This document shows positions 47,838 through 60,460 of a DNA stretch of 64,000 nt, piece by piece (positions within the stretch are counted from its first letter, which is position 1; each line of letters begins with the position of its first letter). Below the pieces are notes generated by a model that saw only the letters and a list, made by a program, of their open reading frames with translations, did no database searches and had not been told where the DNA came from. Source of the DNA: Azolla caroliniana (Eukaryota; Plantae; Polypodiophyta); NCBI GenBank assembly GCA_043228905.1, contig JBHGNT010000017.1, positions 18,166,001 through 18,230,000 on the forward strand, in the 5' to 3' direction. The translations under genes were made by a program, and so were the position numbers.

Positions 47838-49199
47838 TCACAATAACAGCCCCAAACTAAGGAGATCACTTTCAAGTTTTTTAGCACTCTGAAAGTTGAG
47901 ACCGATCATTCCAATCTTGATTGCAGCCTCTACATTCCTTGACCTGGGAAACAGAAAATTTGTTAAACCCCAACAACCTTGTTGGTACTTATATTTTATA
48001 ATGGAAGGGCCAAACGCCAAATACCTCTATTATTTTTGGATATCTACAAGAATAACCATAAAATTACCAATAAATAGTACAATTTTTACAAGTACAAAGA
48101 GGAATTCTAGTGATTTGGGTGTTTGTTAAATATCCAAAAAAGTTAAAAGAGTATTTTGGTGATCCTCTCAATTATGTGCTTACTGATCATCAACAAAGAT
48201 GACATCTGATGGGTTCAACCCCAACCGTCTTGTTACTTCAACAAATGCATCAACATCAGGCTTCCGCTTTCCTGTTCATGACAAACCACAATGACTATTA
48301 TATTACTGCACAGGTAAATAGACACAAAAACCACTACTCACTATATATTTACCCATATGACAGGAGACAAAAGTCCAATCGAGATACCTTGAAAGCTTGA
48401 GTTTCTCCTCAATCAATTCATACCTGCATAAGACACAAGTTAAGGTTCACCTTGTACTACAATCTGGGAGCTACTCAAAATAATAGTACTTTGCACAGAT
48501 AGCTTGATGTAGTATGACTTCTTAGGAGTTATACATATTGAAACTCTTCAAACAAAACATTGATGTTATTGTAGCTCTTCTAAATGAGGAGACAATGCAT
48601 TGTAATTCTTCGAAAGAGAATCTATACTATGAGAAGATATACCATAATGGGTAGTTTGAGAAGGCGTGAATTTGATAGCCTCTTGTTTTGAGGCGATCCA
48701 ATAAAGCTTCTATTCCTTCTAAATAAGAATAACCATTTGCCATACATGCTTTAAGTCCTGAAACAGAACAAGATAAATCCCTTGAAATTACTGTGAGAGC
48801 TTCCAGGGCATTCAACTATCATTACTTTTTCCAGTTATGTTTGAGGATCTTACCATTTGAATCGAATTGCCTCTTATCCTTGAAGAATTTGCAAATAAGC
48901 TCATCCTGAAATAACAAAGCTCATCCACCTCAGTTCAAAATTCATAGGCTTGCTTCTATGTCATGGCCATCGCGGCTATCAAATTAACCCGCTAGTAGTA
49001 CCTCAGTAATTAGGCCTTTCTCAAATTCAATCCATGCGGTTGGATGCTTCATTGCCAACAACTCTTTCATAGAAATTCTGCATAAGGCAGAACAAATGAC
49101 TGGAAGGAAATGATATTTAGTGGCTTTTTTTCTTTCTACATAAAGAGTATTATGCTTATGACAATATAACGATTGTAGAAAATTGCAAGGTTACAGAAC

Positions 49200-49253
<54 letters not shown>

Positions 49254-49702
49254 CGGCCAGACAATTGTTCAGGTATAGTTACTTTTTCTCTTATAGATTC
49301 AATACTCTAGTTAAATTTTGTGACCATATGTCATTTTTCATTTCGTGGTCATCTCTCTCAATCAATCAATCAAAAAAATCAAAACATGCAAAAAAAGGAA
49401 GAGATTACACATACTGACCCAAAGAACGCAGGAACATCATCATAGAAAGGGTCGCGGACGAGGGTACCCATGACATCGAGGAGGATGACGGGGTATTTGG
49501 ATGTCTGATGAATCTGAGGCTCCATGAGACCTGCTCGGAAGTGCAACCCTAAACCGGGATGACTAATGGAAGGTGCGCTTCTGCTCGATCTTCTTGGCAA
49601 ACTATGCCGTTTGGGGTGGAGCAGGGGAGAAGCAGGGGAGGGAGAGAAGAAGCGATGGATGGAGAGAAGAGGTGGGGAGGAGGGGATCTTCAGAGAGGTC
49701 AT
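47838..49702 (-). CDS. FHY1: Chloroplast flavin mononucleotide hydrolase 1-like HAD phosphatase. Exons approx. 49702-49419, 49077-49002, 48905-48854, 48757-48643, 48423-48353, 48271-48184, 47943-47838
   Basis: Ser/Pro/Arg-rich transit peptide, then LLDVMGTLVRDPFYDDVPAFFG, KHPTAWIEFEKG, HAFSNYP.WY..IEEKLKLS.YL.WTF.SC..GKRKPD and IFVDD..RNV. All exons join in frame via GT-AG. Confidence 0.9.
49201..49250. repeat. (CT)n microsatellite in FHY1 intron 1
   Basis: Directly visible. Confidence 0.95.
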
Positions 49703-49809
49703 CAGAAGAAGCAGCAGAGCAGAGAAGATGCTTTAAGCATAGTACCTTCCTCTCTCCCCAAAAAAGTGTTTGGGGAGAAGCAGGGGAGGCAGAGCAGAGA
49801 ATGGGAGGG

Positions 49810-50060
49810 GCCATGGCCATGGCATGACATGGCATGGCATGGTAAGTCAAGGCATGGCATGGCTGGTATGGGATGGCATGGCTGGTATGACATGGCATGG
49901 CATGGATGTATGTCAAGGCATAACATGGTATTGTATGGTATGGTATGGCATGGTATGGCATGGCATAGCATGGTTGGTATGGCATAACATAGCATAGTGG
50001 AATGGAATGGCATCGATGGTATAGCATAGGATAGCATATGGCATGAATGGAATGGGATGT
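49810..50060. repeat. Degenerate (GGCAT/GGTAT)n pentamer satellite just upstream of FHY1
   Basis: About 50 ATGGC-like units; source of the MAWHG and HAMPC ORFs. Confidence 0.9.
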
Positions 50061-50599
50061 CACGAACCTTTGGAGCTATGGGCCATGAGAATCAGTTTTT
50101 CCCATAGTTTTGTGCAATTGTATGATGTGTAGGTAATGGGGCTAAATCCGAATGGAATAAGGGTATGAATTGAATAATTACGAATCCGACGATGTGAGAT
50201 AAGATACGCTATTTACCCCTTAGGTGCTCTGTAAACTCAATGTCACGTATTAATGAACAACAAGAAGGATATTGAGCTTGCTTTATAACAAGCATTTTGG
50301 TTATTTGTCTAGATTGACCTAAATCAACTTCCAAACTCGGCCATCAACCTAATCAAGCTCCTTGGATTGATTTGTCTACATAGATGACCCTACATGTCAA
50401 GTTCAAAAACTAATATAAAGACGGGAAGCGTTGAACGCAAGAATAGTGCAAGAGAGTAATGCCTAACTCTCATGGACTTGATAACCATCTCAAATCGAAT
50501 CCATATTAGTGAGATATCTTCATCCCTTCTCCCAACAAACTTGTTTTCTCTATTTACATGGCCACACTTGTTGGGCATGGATAGAAAGACTTCATATTC

Positions 50600-51260
50600 A
50601 AGGCATGGGAATGTACATCCATTTAGGATTGAAGTTGGACCAATAATGGATGGTAAATTGTGAATATACTTAGAGAACCTTTATTGTCCTCTTGTCTTGT
50701 AATAACAACATTGCGAGAACTTCATTGTAGCTTACTTAATGTCTACGCCATTGATTTATGTGCATAAGTTGCACTTATTCCTAATAGCATACCACATATT
50801 CCTATGTACATATGTATATATTACAATTCCTATGTACATATGGATATATAATATATTACATATTCCTAAAAAAATCATTTACAACATTTTCATTTACCAA
50901 TCCTACCACCTTTCTATGTCCATTGTCTATATTCAAGTAATGGGAAATCACATCCATATAGCGACAAGGTTGAAACTTGGATCCATATTGCATGGTACAT
51001 TGTGAATGTGGTGAGAGAGCCTTATTGTTATTTTGTCTTGTAATACCTACATTCACAATGACAAATTTGTAACTTTTTCAATGTCTACATCCATGATTCA
51101 TATGCATCATTTGTCCATATGTCTTTGCATGTATAATATACATATTAAGAGATTTTCCTGATCATGACGTGTTCATACATATATTTATGGCATGGTAAAG
51201 TACATCCATATAGGTGCAAGTTTGGAACCATACAGCATGACACATTGTGAATGTGGCGAG
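50600..51260. repeat. Old diverged direct repeats (2-3 copies)
   Basis: catccat..agg..gaa.ttgga.c...atggta.attgtgaat..gagagc.cttattgt...tgtcttgtaata recurs near 50615, 50950 and partially 51200. Confidence 0.6.
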
Positions 51261-51439
51261 TAGGAGTTAGCAATGGTTTGACGGTTCGGTTCGGTTTTGT
51301 TCAAGTTTGAGTTTTCTTAATAAGTTTGAGCTTGGTGTTTTTTGACTTGATCCCTGCTTAACTAGCTCAACCAATTAAGTATCTATATATTTTCCAACAT
51401 ATATATATATATATATAAAGAGAGAGAGAGAGAGAGAGA

Positions 51440-53990
51440 TTAACATCTTCTAAGGCTAAATATGAACAAGTTTATGATACGAAACATATCCTAAACAATG
51501 AGGTAGGATCTGTCTTTGCATGTGAACTCCATGGTGGCATTGAAGTTGATTGGGAAGATTTTGCTCATCATCGATCATCACATTATAGAGGGTCCTCAAG
51601 TACCAACACTACCATGAAGTTTGAGGGTACCTCTCATATTGAAATCCCAACTCGGACATTTGTGTTGACTCAACAAATTGCAAAACAAAAAGGCACATTG
51701 ACATTGCGTTGTATAGTTTCCATGGAAACAAAAATGCAAGCACTGCTGGCCGATTTGGAAGAAGTTTCATCTGGTGAGATGGCAGTAGAGAAACAATTCA
51801 CATCTATGTCGAATACATACGAATGGATTGCATCAACAATCCAAAATTCAGAAAGTGATGTGTTAAAAGAGGAGTTGAAAAAGGAGCTCACAACTATGGG
51901 TACTCATCTGGAAGCACAGAAGAAAGATCTAGAGACATAGCGGTCTTCTCGTAATGAAATTGATGAGCAATTATCAGCCTTAAAGCTGCATTAAGAGAAT
52001 CTAACATGTTTGATGAAGGGTCTAAAAGAAAAAGGTTTAGATACTCTATGTCCAAACGTAGTTGAGCACCCCACTTGCATGGAAAGTAGAATTAGAAACA
52101 TTACTATATCACGGTAATGGTTTATATTTCTCCTCTTTGACCTTCTATGATATAAAATATCATTGGTACTAATATAGTATATGTTGTGTCTCCTTACTGA
52201 AGGTGTTTATTCTGTGGCCTTGGATTCAAGCTTGAGTCGAAGGATGCTATCATTACACCATGCTTGCACACATATAATTTGTTATGTCCTAAGTACCATT
52301 TCGAGAAAGAAAATATATGTTTGGACTGTAAAAGTATAGTTGGAGCCGAATGGTACCTAGCTTGGGGTTTGAAAGTACACTCGTATGGTATGTGATTAAG
52401 CATTATGCAATTTTTATACTATGATTTTATAATTTTACTTTTGGTTCTATTCTTACAATTGGATCTAGGATGATCAGTCGATTTAGTGCAGATTATTTAG
52501 TACTAAAGGTCTTAAATGTTTAGTTGTATAACTTGTATTAGTATTAACATTGTTTATTGCATTGTACTTTTTTTGTCCACTTGACTTAGGCTTTGCTTGA
52601 TCAAACAAATAGGCATGCCGGTCTTGGTTGTTTAGTATTAACATTGTTCATTACCATCAGAAATATGCATGTCTAGGTGGTTCAATACTATTCCTTTAAG
52701 ATCCGAAGATGTTAATTAAGTACTAACAATACTTATTCCATTGTATTCCTTCGTGATCAATTGATTCAATATTGATTATTTAGTATGGAGGGTCTTAATT
52801 GTTTAGTTGTATAACTCGTATTAGTACTAACATTCATTAATTGCATTGTACTTTTTGAGTCCACTTGACTTAGGCTTTGCATAACCAAACAAATAGGCAT
52901 GAAGGTCTTGGCTTTTTAGTACTAACATTGTTCATTACCATATGAAATATGCATGTTTAGGTGGCTTAGTACTAATCCTTTAAGTTCCTAAGATGTTGAT
53001 TAAGTACTAACATTACTTAGTACATTGTATTCCTTCATGATCAATTGATTCAGTATTGATTATTTGGTACGGAGGGTCCTAAATGTTTAGTTGTATAACT
53101 TGTATTATTAATAACATTGCTTATTGCATTGTACTTTTTGTGTCCACTTGAACTACGCTTTGCATGACCGAACAAATAGACATGAATGTGTTGGCTTTTT
53201 AGTACGAACATTGTTCGTTACCAGATGAAATATGCATGTCCAAGTGGATCAGTACTATATTTGTAATTTTGGACTCATGTTATAATATGTACTCTTATAA
53301 TACATAGGCTTATAATATGAATGTTGTAGTTTCTAGCAACACCACACCAGGGAAGGTAATTGACAAACCATGCCCCACGTTACTACGTATAGAGTTTGCT
53401 GCAAATTCCAAAGTCCACGGTTGTTCCTTAGTGGTACCTGATAAAGTTTATGATGAAGATGAATGTATGAGAAAGGCCATTGGAACAATTGAAGATGTGA
53501 TGCTTGAAACAAAATCTCCTAGCTCGGCACGCCTTGATTGTGTGAATGGTAATGCTAATTGTGTTTGCCTTTCTAATTTCTGAAATGTTGGTATACTACT
53601 AATTTATTATGTTTCTATCAAAGAGCCTACAAAGAAGCGTAATGCTGCAAGGAAATTGTACGGAAAGGGGAAAAAATGCAAAGTTGATTGTTTTGGTGGG
53701 TAATACAAATTCTTACAAACTTGTGGTTGGTGTCATCTTGATGAGTTAGACTAATACTACATACTTTTGTTTTTAGACAAGGAAGAAAAGAGTAATGAAA
53801 ATAGAGTTACAGATTCAGAGCCACAATATAAAGAAGAATTTATCTCACTTCTAGGTACATGTCGGTAGCCCTCTCATATAATTGTTATTTTGACCATATT
53901 ACTTCACGTGACAAAAATGTACAAGTCTATTAATACATAGGGCATGATGAAGAGCCCCCCGAGGGCTCCACTATATATAAAGAGGTTGTA
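51440..53990 (+). pseudogene. Spliced coiled-coil + RING-finger gene remnant, probably transposon-borne
   Basis: The frame of ORF 51614-51940 continues through TAG and TAA stops to a donor at 52113/52114. The next exon from 52203 reads CLFCGLGF..KDAIITPCLHTYNLLC..HFEKENICLDC..GAEWYLAWG. Further small exons at about 53330-53545, 53777-53853 and 53940-53985. Confidence 0.6.
52480..53260. repeat. About 284-bp tandem repeat, about 2.7 copies, in an intron of the RING remnant
   Basis: gattatttagta..ggtcttaaatgtttagttgtataacttgtattag starts at about 52491, 52774 and 53058. Confidence 0.88.
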
Positions 53991-54139
53991 TCACGTGCGT
54001 TCATGACATCTTTTATAAACCCCTTATACGTATATTTTTTACTATTTTAGATACCCTTCTATAAAAAAGCGATTAATAAAAGTACCCCTTCGTGCCAATA
54101 TATATTTTGACAACTCATTTTAAATGCCCTTACATAGAA

Positions 54140-54330
54140 GACACATGTATGTTTTATACATGTGTACGTATGTATGTGTTATGTGTGTGTGTGTGTGTGT
54201 GCGTGTGTGTGTGTGTGTGTGTTCATACGTATGTATTGTATTGTATTCCATGTTTATTTATTTGTGTTGTATATCTTACATGTATGGCATGTGTCTATAT
54301 GTTATGTGTATGTGTGTAGTGGCTTGTGTT
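54140..54330. repeat. (TG)/(TATG) microsatellite block resembling 57950-58130
   Basis: Shares tatgt.tt.tatacatgtgt, gtattgtattccatgt and tggcatgtg segments with the 58-kb block. Confidence 0.7.
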
Positions 54331-56980
54331 TATTTGCACCTAAATCATAAAGAGGCCTACAAGAGAGTCGTTCCATGGACAATACAAGTTGCCCAACTTA
54401 GGGCATATTTGATTTGGATAAAAAAGTGCCATAAAAAAATCTTGTTTTTGGTCACCCGACTCAAAGGCAGTCGCCTAACTAGTCACTCAACTCAAATAAA
54501 GTACCCGACTATCTCAAGGCAAGCAAGTTACAAGTAAGGAAGTGATAAATTGAAATAATGCTAAAAGTAAATGGCTTAGTGATTAGAGCCATTCCTTAGA
54601 TTCAATAAGTTCAAAGTTTGAATCTTTGTTCCCTATTAGTGAGAAGAGGGTTCACTTCCTTATTGGTCAATTTTGGGGTCTTTTAGGTTTACTTCTTCTT
54701 CAACTTCTTTCTTTTTTAGGGTTTCAACATTTGGTTTCAGGGTATGAAGTCACTTTACACTTCATTTACATTTAAGGGGCACTAATAGCGTTGTTGAATT
54801 CAACATCTTAATTATTAAATGTGTTCATTTTTTTACATCACAAGTTTGCAGTTGTTGGTACACACACATAGAAAAGATTAATTGAATTTTGAAGAACTTA
54901 AGGGAAGTGGCTTGACTTAACTTAAGGGAAGGGAATGTTATGATAGGAGAGACTTGGGGATACCATGGGATTCTAGCAACAAGCAATTGATTCTTGCATG
55001 TCTATATTTCAAGAAGGGATAGAAACAAACAACATGGGAAGCTACAAACATGAACCAAATTTTGCATTGAACCTAAGGTTAAGGGTTTACTAAAGTGGTA
55101 AGGATTGTTTTACTAATAAAGACTCAAGAGTTCATTATTTGGTTTAATAGCTATTCTCTATTTAAACTTTATGAAATATCATCATCAATCATCATGAATA
55201 CTCCATTGCAAGAAGTCCCTTCAAATGCTCAATCATTTCTCACATCACAACATATTTCAATGTGAGAAGGTTATCAAACAATATATGTGCTACATGGATC
55301 TAGCCACATTTGACTTACATGATACATATCAATTACACTATTGGCAATACAATATCCCTTTCTCGTACACCTTTTCCTCAAATTTCATAGTTTGCAACAA
55401 ACAAACACATGCAAAACCAACTTGCAATAATAATGAAACATGTTTCAAATCAAACCACCATTACACCTAAGGTTCAAATGGTGTTTCAAAAAAACAATTA
55501 TTCATTAGACTAGATGAAAGTAATGGAAATAGTTTTATATTACATCACATACAATTATTCATTTATCAATCAACTAGACTATCTCCCCCTTTTACAACAA
55601 CCACTCAGAAGCTTAAATATGTTTAATATTTGTAATCAGTAGACCACCTCACTAGGTATCCTCTCCATATTTAAAATACTAATGAAGTGTTCTTCATTTT
55701 CCTACTACTTTACAAATGTGACCTTCCTATTGTTACATATCCGTTAGTCTAAGCAACAATCTACCTATTATTATGTGCTTTAAATTGCTCTATATTTAAT
55801 TACTATATTGAGCATACAAGAGTTTAAAAGTAAATACATTTTGGGAAGCAACATGTGCATTGTATACAGTTGAGAAGCAATACCATTTGATGTATAATTG
55901 AAAGTGAAACATGAATTATGTGCCCAAAACATTGATAAATATTTAATCTAATTACCATGACTTACATGATGAATATAACACGTATAAGAGGAGCAAACTA
56001 GGACATACAAATTTAGTCCAAAGCTTTAGGATTTGGAAGTTTCAAAGTTTATGCAATTCATAGGAATGAAGACCAACCATACTGATAGAACAAAAGACAG
56101 ATATAGGAAGAAATGCATGATTCACAATCTTCTGGTAATGTTTGTTTCCACCTCTGCAATGTTTGAGGTGGATAGCCATCATCCCAGGTCGGAAATAATT
56201 GGTTTCCTAAATAAAATATATTTCTCGTCATTTCCATTTAATTTGAAGAATAAAAAGTAAACACAATGAATACATAAAGCTATAGTACTATTATACATTC
56301 CTAAAGCAATATGCACAACCAAACATGATTTCTACTAAGCTCCTAAGAAGAACAATGTTCATTCTTTTCTCATGACTTTATTTGCATGAAAAAGAAGAAA
56401 ATATGCCATAATGAGTGAAGAACAAGGCACAACATCCACCATGGTCACAAGACAAATACATACCCGGACAATGCAATGACGGGCAAGTCCTACTGCGACA
56501 ATACTCTCCGCAGCTTGCTTCACAATGTAAGCTCCACTCCAATCGACCTTGGTAGGGTCCTTCCCAGAGAACGCACCACCACCATGAGCTCCCCACGAGG
56601 CTTCTCAAGAAGAAAAGAGCTCTTCTTGCCTATGAAATGATGATAGCAAATACACAGATTAACATGGAAAAAAAACATGAGAGGAAACGTTGCAAATGCA
56701 TGTGTGCATGCATTCATACATGTATACAAACACAACCATGCATATGTAAATACTCATACCCACATGCACACATATGGAAATGGTTCTGATATAATACATA
56801 GATGACAAGCTACATAAAAGGAAGGTAACATTAAATATTGCCGTGACTCTCTCTCTAAGAGATATTAATACACTTTTGTTGCTTCCATTTGCTTTCACTC
56901 TCTCACTAAGAGACATTAATACATCTCCCCTTTCTTTCAAAAACCTAGTTTCTTTATCTATTAGACACTCTATTTAAGCT

Positions 56981-57700
56981 TTAGAAGAGTTGGTTATCCA
57001 CAGCATCGGCCACAAAAGGAATGCGAAGAATTTTTCTGAGAATGCAATAAACAATTCTAAAAACCATATAGTCACAAGAAGCGAAACAAAGACAACATAG
57101 TAGAACAAGATGAGAAGATCAAAACCGAATCCACTCTTTGGGATGAGGATCCTCTAAACGATGAGAGGGATAACAATAAGAACATCCAAGACACATGCTT
57201 GCATTGCATTGAACCTAACATACCTTGAAAAGCTGGGATTTTTTACAAGAGCAAGGTAAATTGTGAAGAAAACCACAAAATTTGCATATGGGATGCTTGA
57301 GTAGAGACGGAGGAGGAAACTGTCATATTGCATCCCATTGAGAATTGGAAGGAAATATCCTACTGCTGATAACACTCTATCTATGGCAAGTGTACGGCCA
57401 CCATTCAAACCTCCATTCCTTGAAAATGCTCTGATTGTGTTGGTGATCATCTATGCTCTCCTTCCTCCGTCCTTTAACCATAAACCATTTCTTACTGATA
57501 CAAGACCATGGAAGAGAGGGAGAAGACTGACCTAAGATGGTAGTTTTTTTATCAATACTTGAAGACCTAGTTGTGTGATGTCTCAACGAAGCCGTGAAGG
57601 AGGAGGACGAGAAATAACTTCTATGAGCAGTAACGTTAGGGGATCTCTTTGATTTTGCAATTGGTCGGAAGAGGAGGGGGAAGGAGAGAGACGTGCCACC
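56981..57700 (-). pseudogene. TIC20-II: TIC20-II-like chloroplast translocon pseudogene
   Basis: DRVLSAVGYFLP..NGMQY, IPYANFVVFF.IYL.LVKN.SFSRYVRFNAMQA..LDVL and IPFVADAVDNQLF* match TIC20-II. There is an in-frame TAG at 57154, a frameshift before the C-terminus and an apparent deletion after QYDSFLL. The 5' limit is uncertain. Confidence 0.8.
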
Positions 57701-57944
57701 AGAGCCACGAGCTCCAATACCTTTACTTTGTTTCTTTCTGTTAAATTTCTTGCTCTTGCAATCCCCTTCCTCTAGATTTAGCGCTCTCTCACACTCTCTT
57801 TTACCCCAATAACCCCTTTTTCTCTGTCTCTGTCTCTCTCACTCCCCCTTTCTTTTCCCCCCCACTTGTTTCCTAAAACACAAACGTATGTAATCTCCCC
57901 CCTTTTCTTGCCCCATTTTTAAAACCAATTAGTGTTTTAAAAAT

Positions 57945-58400
57945 AGTGTTGTAGCATGTTTATGTATGTATGTTCTATACACATGTGTGTGTTTATGCTT
58001 GTGGATATGTATATTCTTTGTGTGTGTGTGTGTGTGCGTGTGCGCATGCGTGCTCATGTGCTCTATACATGTGCATATATGCATGTATTGTATTCCATGT
58101 GTTGTATGCATGGCATGTGGATATGTAAGTATGTGATATTATGTGTGTGTATGTGGAATGTTCTATATATATGCATATGTGTGTATTGTATGTATTATAT
58201 GTATGTCATGTGTGTATGTACATGTATATATATGTTATGTGTGTGTGTGATGTGCATGTGTATATACGTATGTATCTACATATTGTATTGTGTGTATTGT
58301 GTGTATGGCATGTGAGTATGTAGGGTATGTGTTATGTGTTTGTGTGTATGTTCTATGTATATGCATATGTGTGCATTGTATTGCATGTGTATGTATGTGT

Positions 58401-58444
<44 letters not shown>

Positions 58445-58830
58445 CAAATATGTTCTATACGTGTGCTATTGTATGTACAACATGTGTGCGTATGACATGT
58501 ATACATATGTGTTATGTGAGTGTGTATGTTCTATATATGTGCATATGTATTGTATTGCATGCATATATATGTATGTGTTATGTGTGCATTTGTATGTGTG
58601 TATGTATGTACATATTGTATTGTATGAATTGTATATATGGGATGTGTGTATGTATTGAATTGCATGTGCATGTATGTACATATTGTAGTTTGTATGACCA
58701 TGTATGACCTATATATATGGTGACATGTGAAATGTACAGTACATACACAACATACACTATATATGTGCATACATATTCCACATGTCACCATATATATAGG
58801 TCATACATGTATGTATGTGTGATGATGTAT
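57945..58830. repeat. Long compound TG/TA/TATG microsatellite
   Basis: Directly visible; source of the Cys/Val/Tyr-rich spurious ORFs. Confidence 0.95.
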
Positions 58831-60460
58831 GAGGAGGAAAAGACGAGATGGAGGAACAGGGAAGAGAGAGAGCGCAACAGAGCCACCTCAACGACACAAC
58901 AGGGGAACTCTAAAGAAGCATCCCCGCCAACAGAATCTGAGGAGCGGCCTCTACCGATCGTATTCTTGACAGAAGAAGAGGCTGAATTCAAATCAGAGAT
59001 TCAACGTCTAACTCAACTCTCTGTGATCTGCAGAGTGGTGGGAGCTCGGCCGAATAGAGGTGAGTGCAAAGATTTGTTACAAGCATCTATGCATGGATTA
59101 ATTGGTAGGATAATAGATGTCCAATTTATGGGACGAGGATTTTATCATGTGGAATTGGATACAATCAAATCAGTGGGCATAATGTTGGAACATAGTCCTC
59201 TTGATGTAAGAGGTGCCCGTGCATTTGTGATGCTTTGGAAACAAGGTTTTAATCCTATGGAGGCAATACAGAAAGGAGATCGGATATTTCTATTAACAAT
59301 TGTCTTCCCGGGATTACGAAAGGAGTATTTACCGATGCTTGGAGCAATAGCTTTGAGGATCGGAACAATAGTGAGAGTCCAAGAAAGTATGGCTATGCGA
59401 TTAACTAAAATGGCGGGATTTCCATAAGCTCAAATCTTGGTAGGATCACTCGAAAACTTACCTACAAAGGTAATGCTACCAAATGAAGAAGGGGATTCTA
59501 TAGAACAAAAGGTGGAGTTTGCCGGACTCCCTGGACAATGCTTCTATTGTCGACAAATGGGACATTTAGCCAAGAATTGCCCAAGGAGAAATGTTAAACT
59601 GGGGGGAAAAAAACGTTGTTGCGAATATTGTAAACAAGAAGGGCATGAGGCAGATAAATGTCAAGAGAAACTAGCCTCAGATTGTATGGGTGTACTGATA
59701 CACAAGAACAACCAACATCCACTACTGAGATAAGGGGGAAAAAGGTTAGTATCATCCAACCAAATGATGGATGTGTCAAGTCAAGAACATTTCGTTCGAA
59801 AAGAACATTACGATCACAAAAATCTAATAATGCGATCACAATAACAACATGTGGAATTTTGAAGGAGGATACCGGAAATGGTGGGTTTTCAATACTTGAT
59901 TATGCAACCCCCTTTGGGCATGATTTCACAAAGCATTTGGGTGTTAAAGATGTTCATGAACCCAATGCAATAAGGGTCCATGTTTTATTTAGACAAACAC
60001 AAGTGGAAAGCCCATTTGTCGGTTATTCCTTTCCATTATGTGGTTATGAGAGAAGTGACATATGGAATCAACTGAATGTTATGTTGGCCCTGAGAGGACA
60101 AGTTTTGTATTTTGCCAAATACGTGCAAAATCCTCAATTGGGGGAAACAATATTGAGGGGGTTAGAGAATGCAAGTTGTTCAGTGGTTCCGTATTTGGAT
60201 GCAATGAACCGCAAGCATGTTGTATTGGATGTACCTTCCGATATATTATTTGATTTTGGATATGTTTATATTCATGAAGATCATGTGCCGGAAAGCCAAG
60301 CCAAGGCTCGGGCCCATCATCATTGGCGATTCCTTAAAGAAGGTTGTGACATACTCAAAAGCCAAATGGTGATTATGGGAGATGGGGGGGGCATAAGCTC
60401 CGTGGAACCATCCTCTAAGACTCGTAGGATCGGGTCTGGTTCAGCCTCTAACAATTGTTA

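Noticed and set aside
49559-50063. MAWHG / HAMPC repeat ORFs
   Set aside because: Translations of the GGCAT pentamer satellite upstream of FHY1.
54565-54635. Functional tRNA gene
   Set aside because: The A and B boxes are degenerate and no cloverleaf stems form; at most a SINE or tRNA relic.
57929-58791. Cys-rich ORFs resembling metallothionein
   Set aside because: Translations of TG/TA microsatellite.
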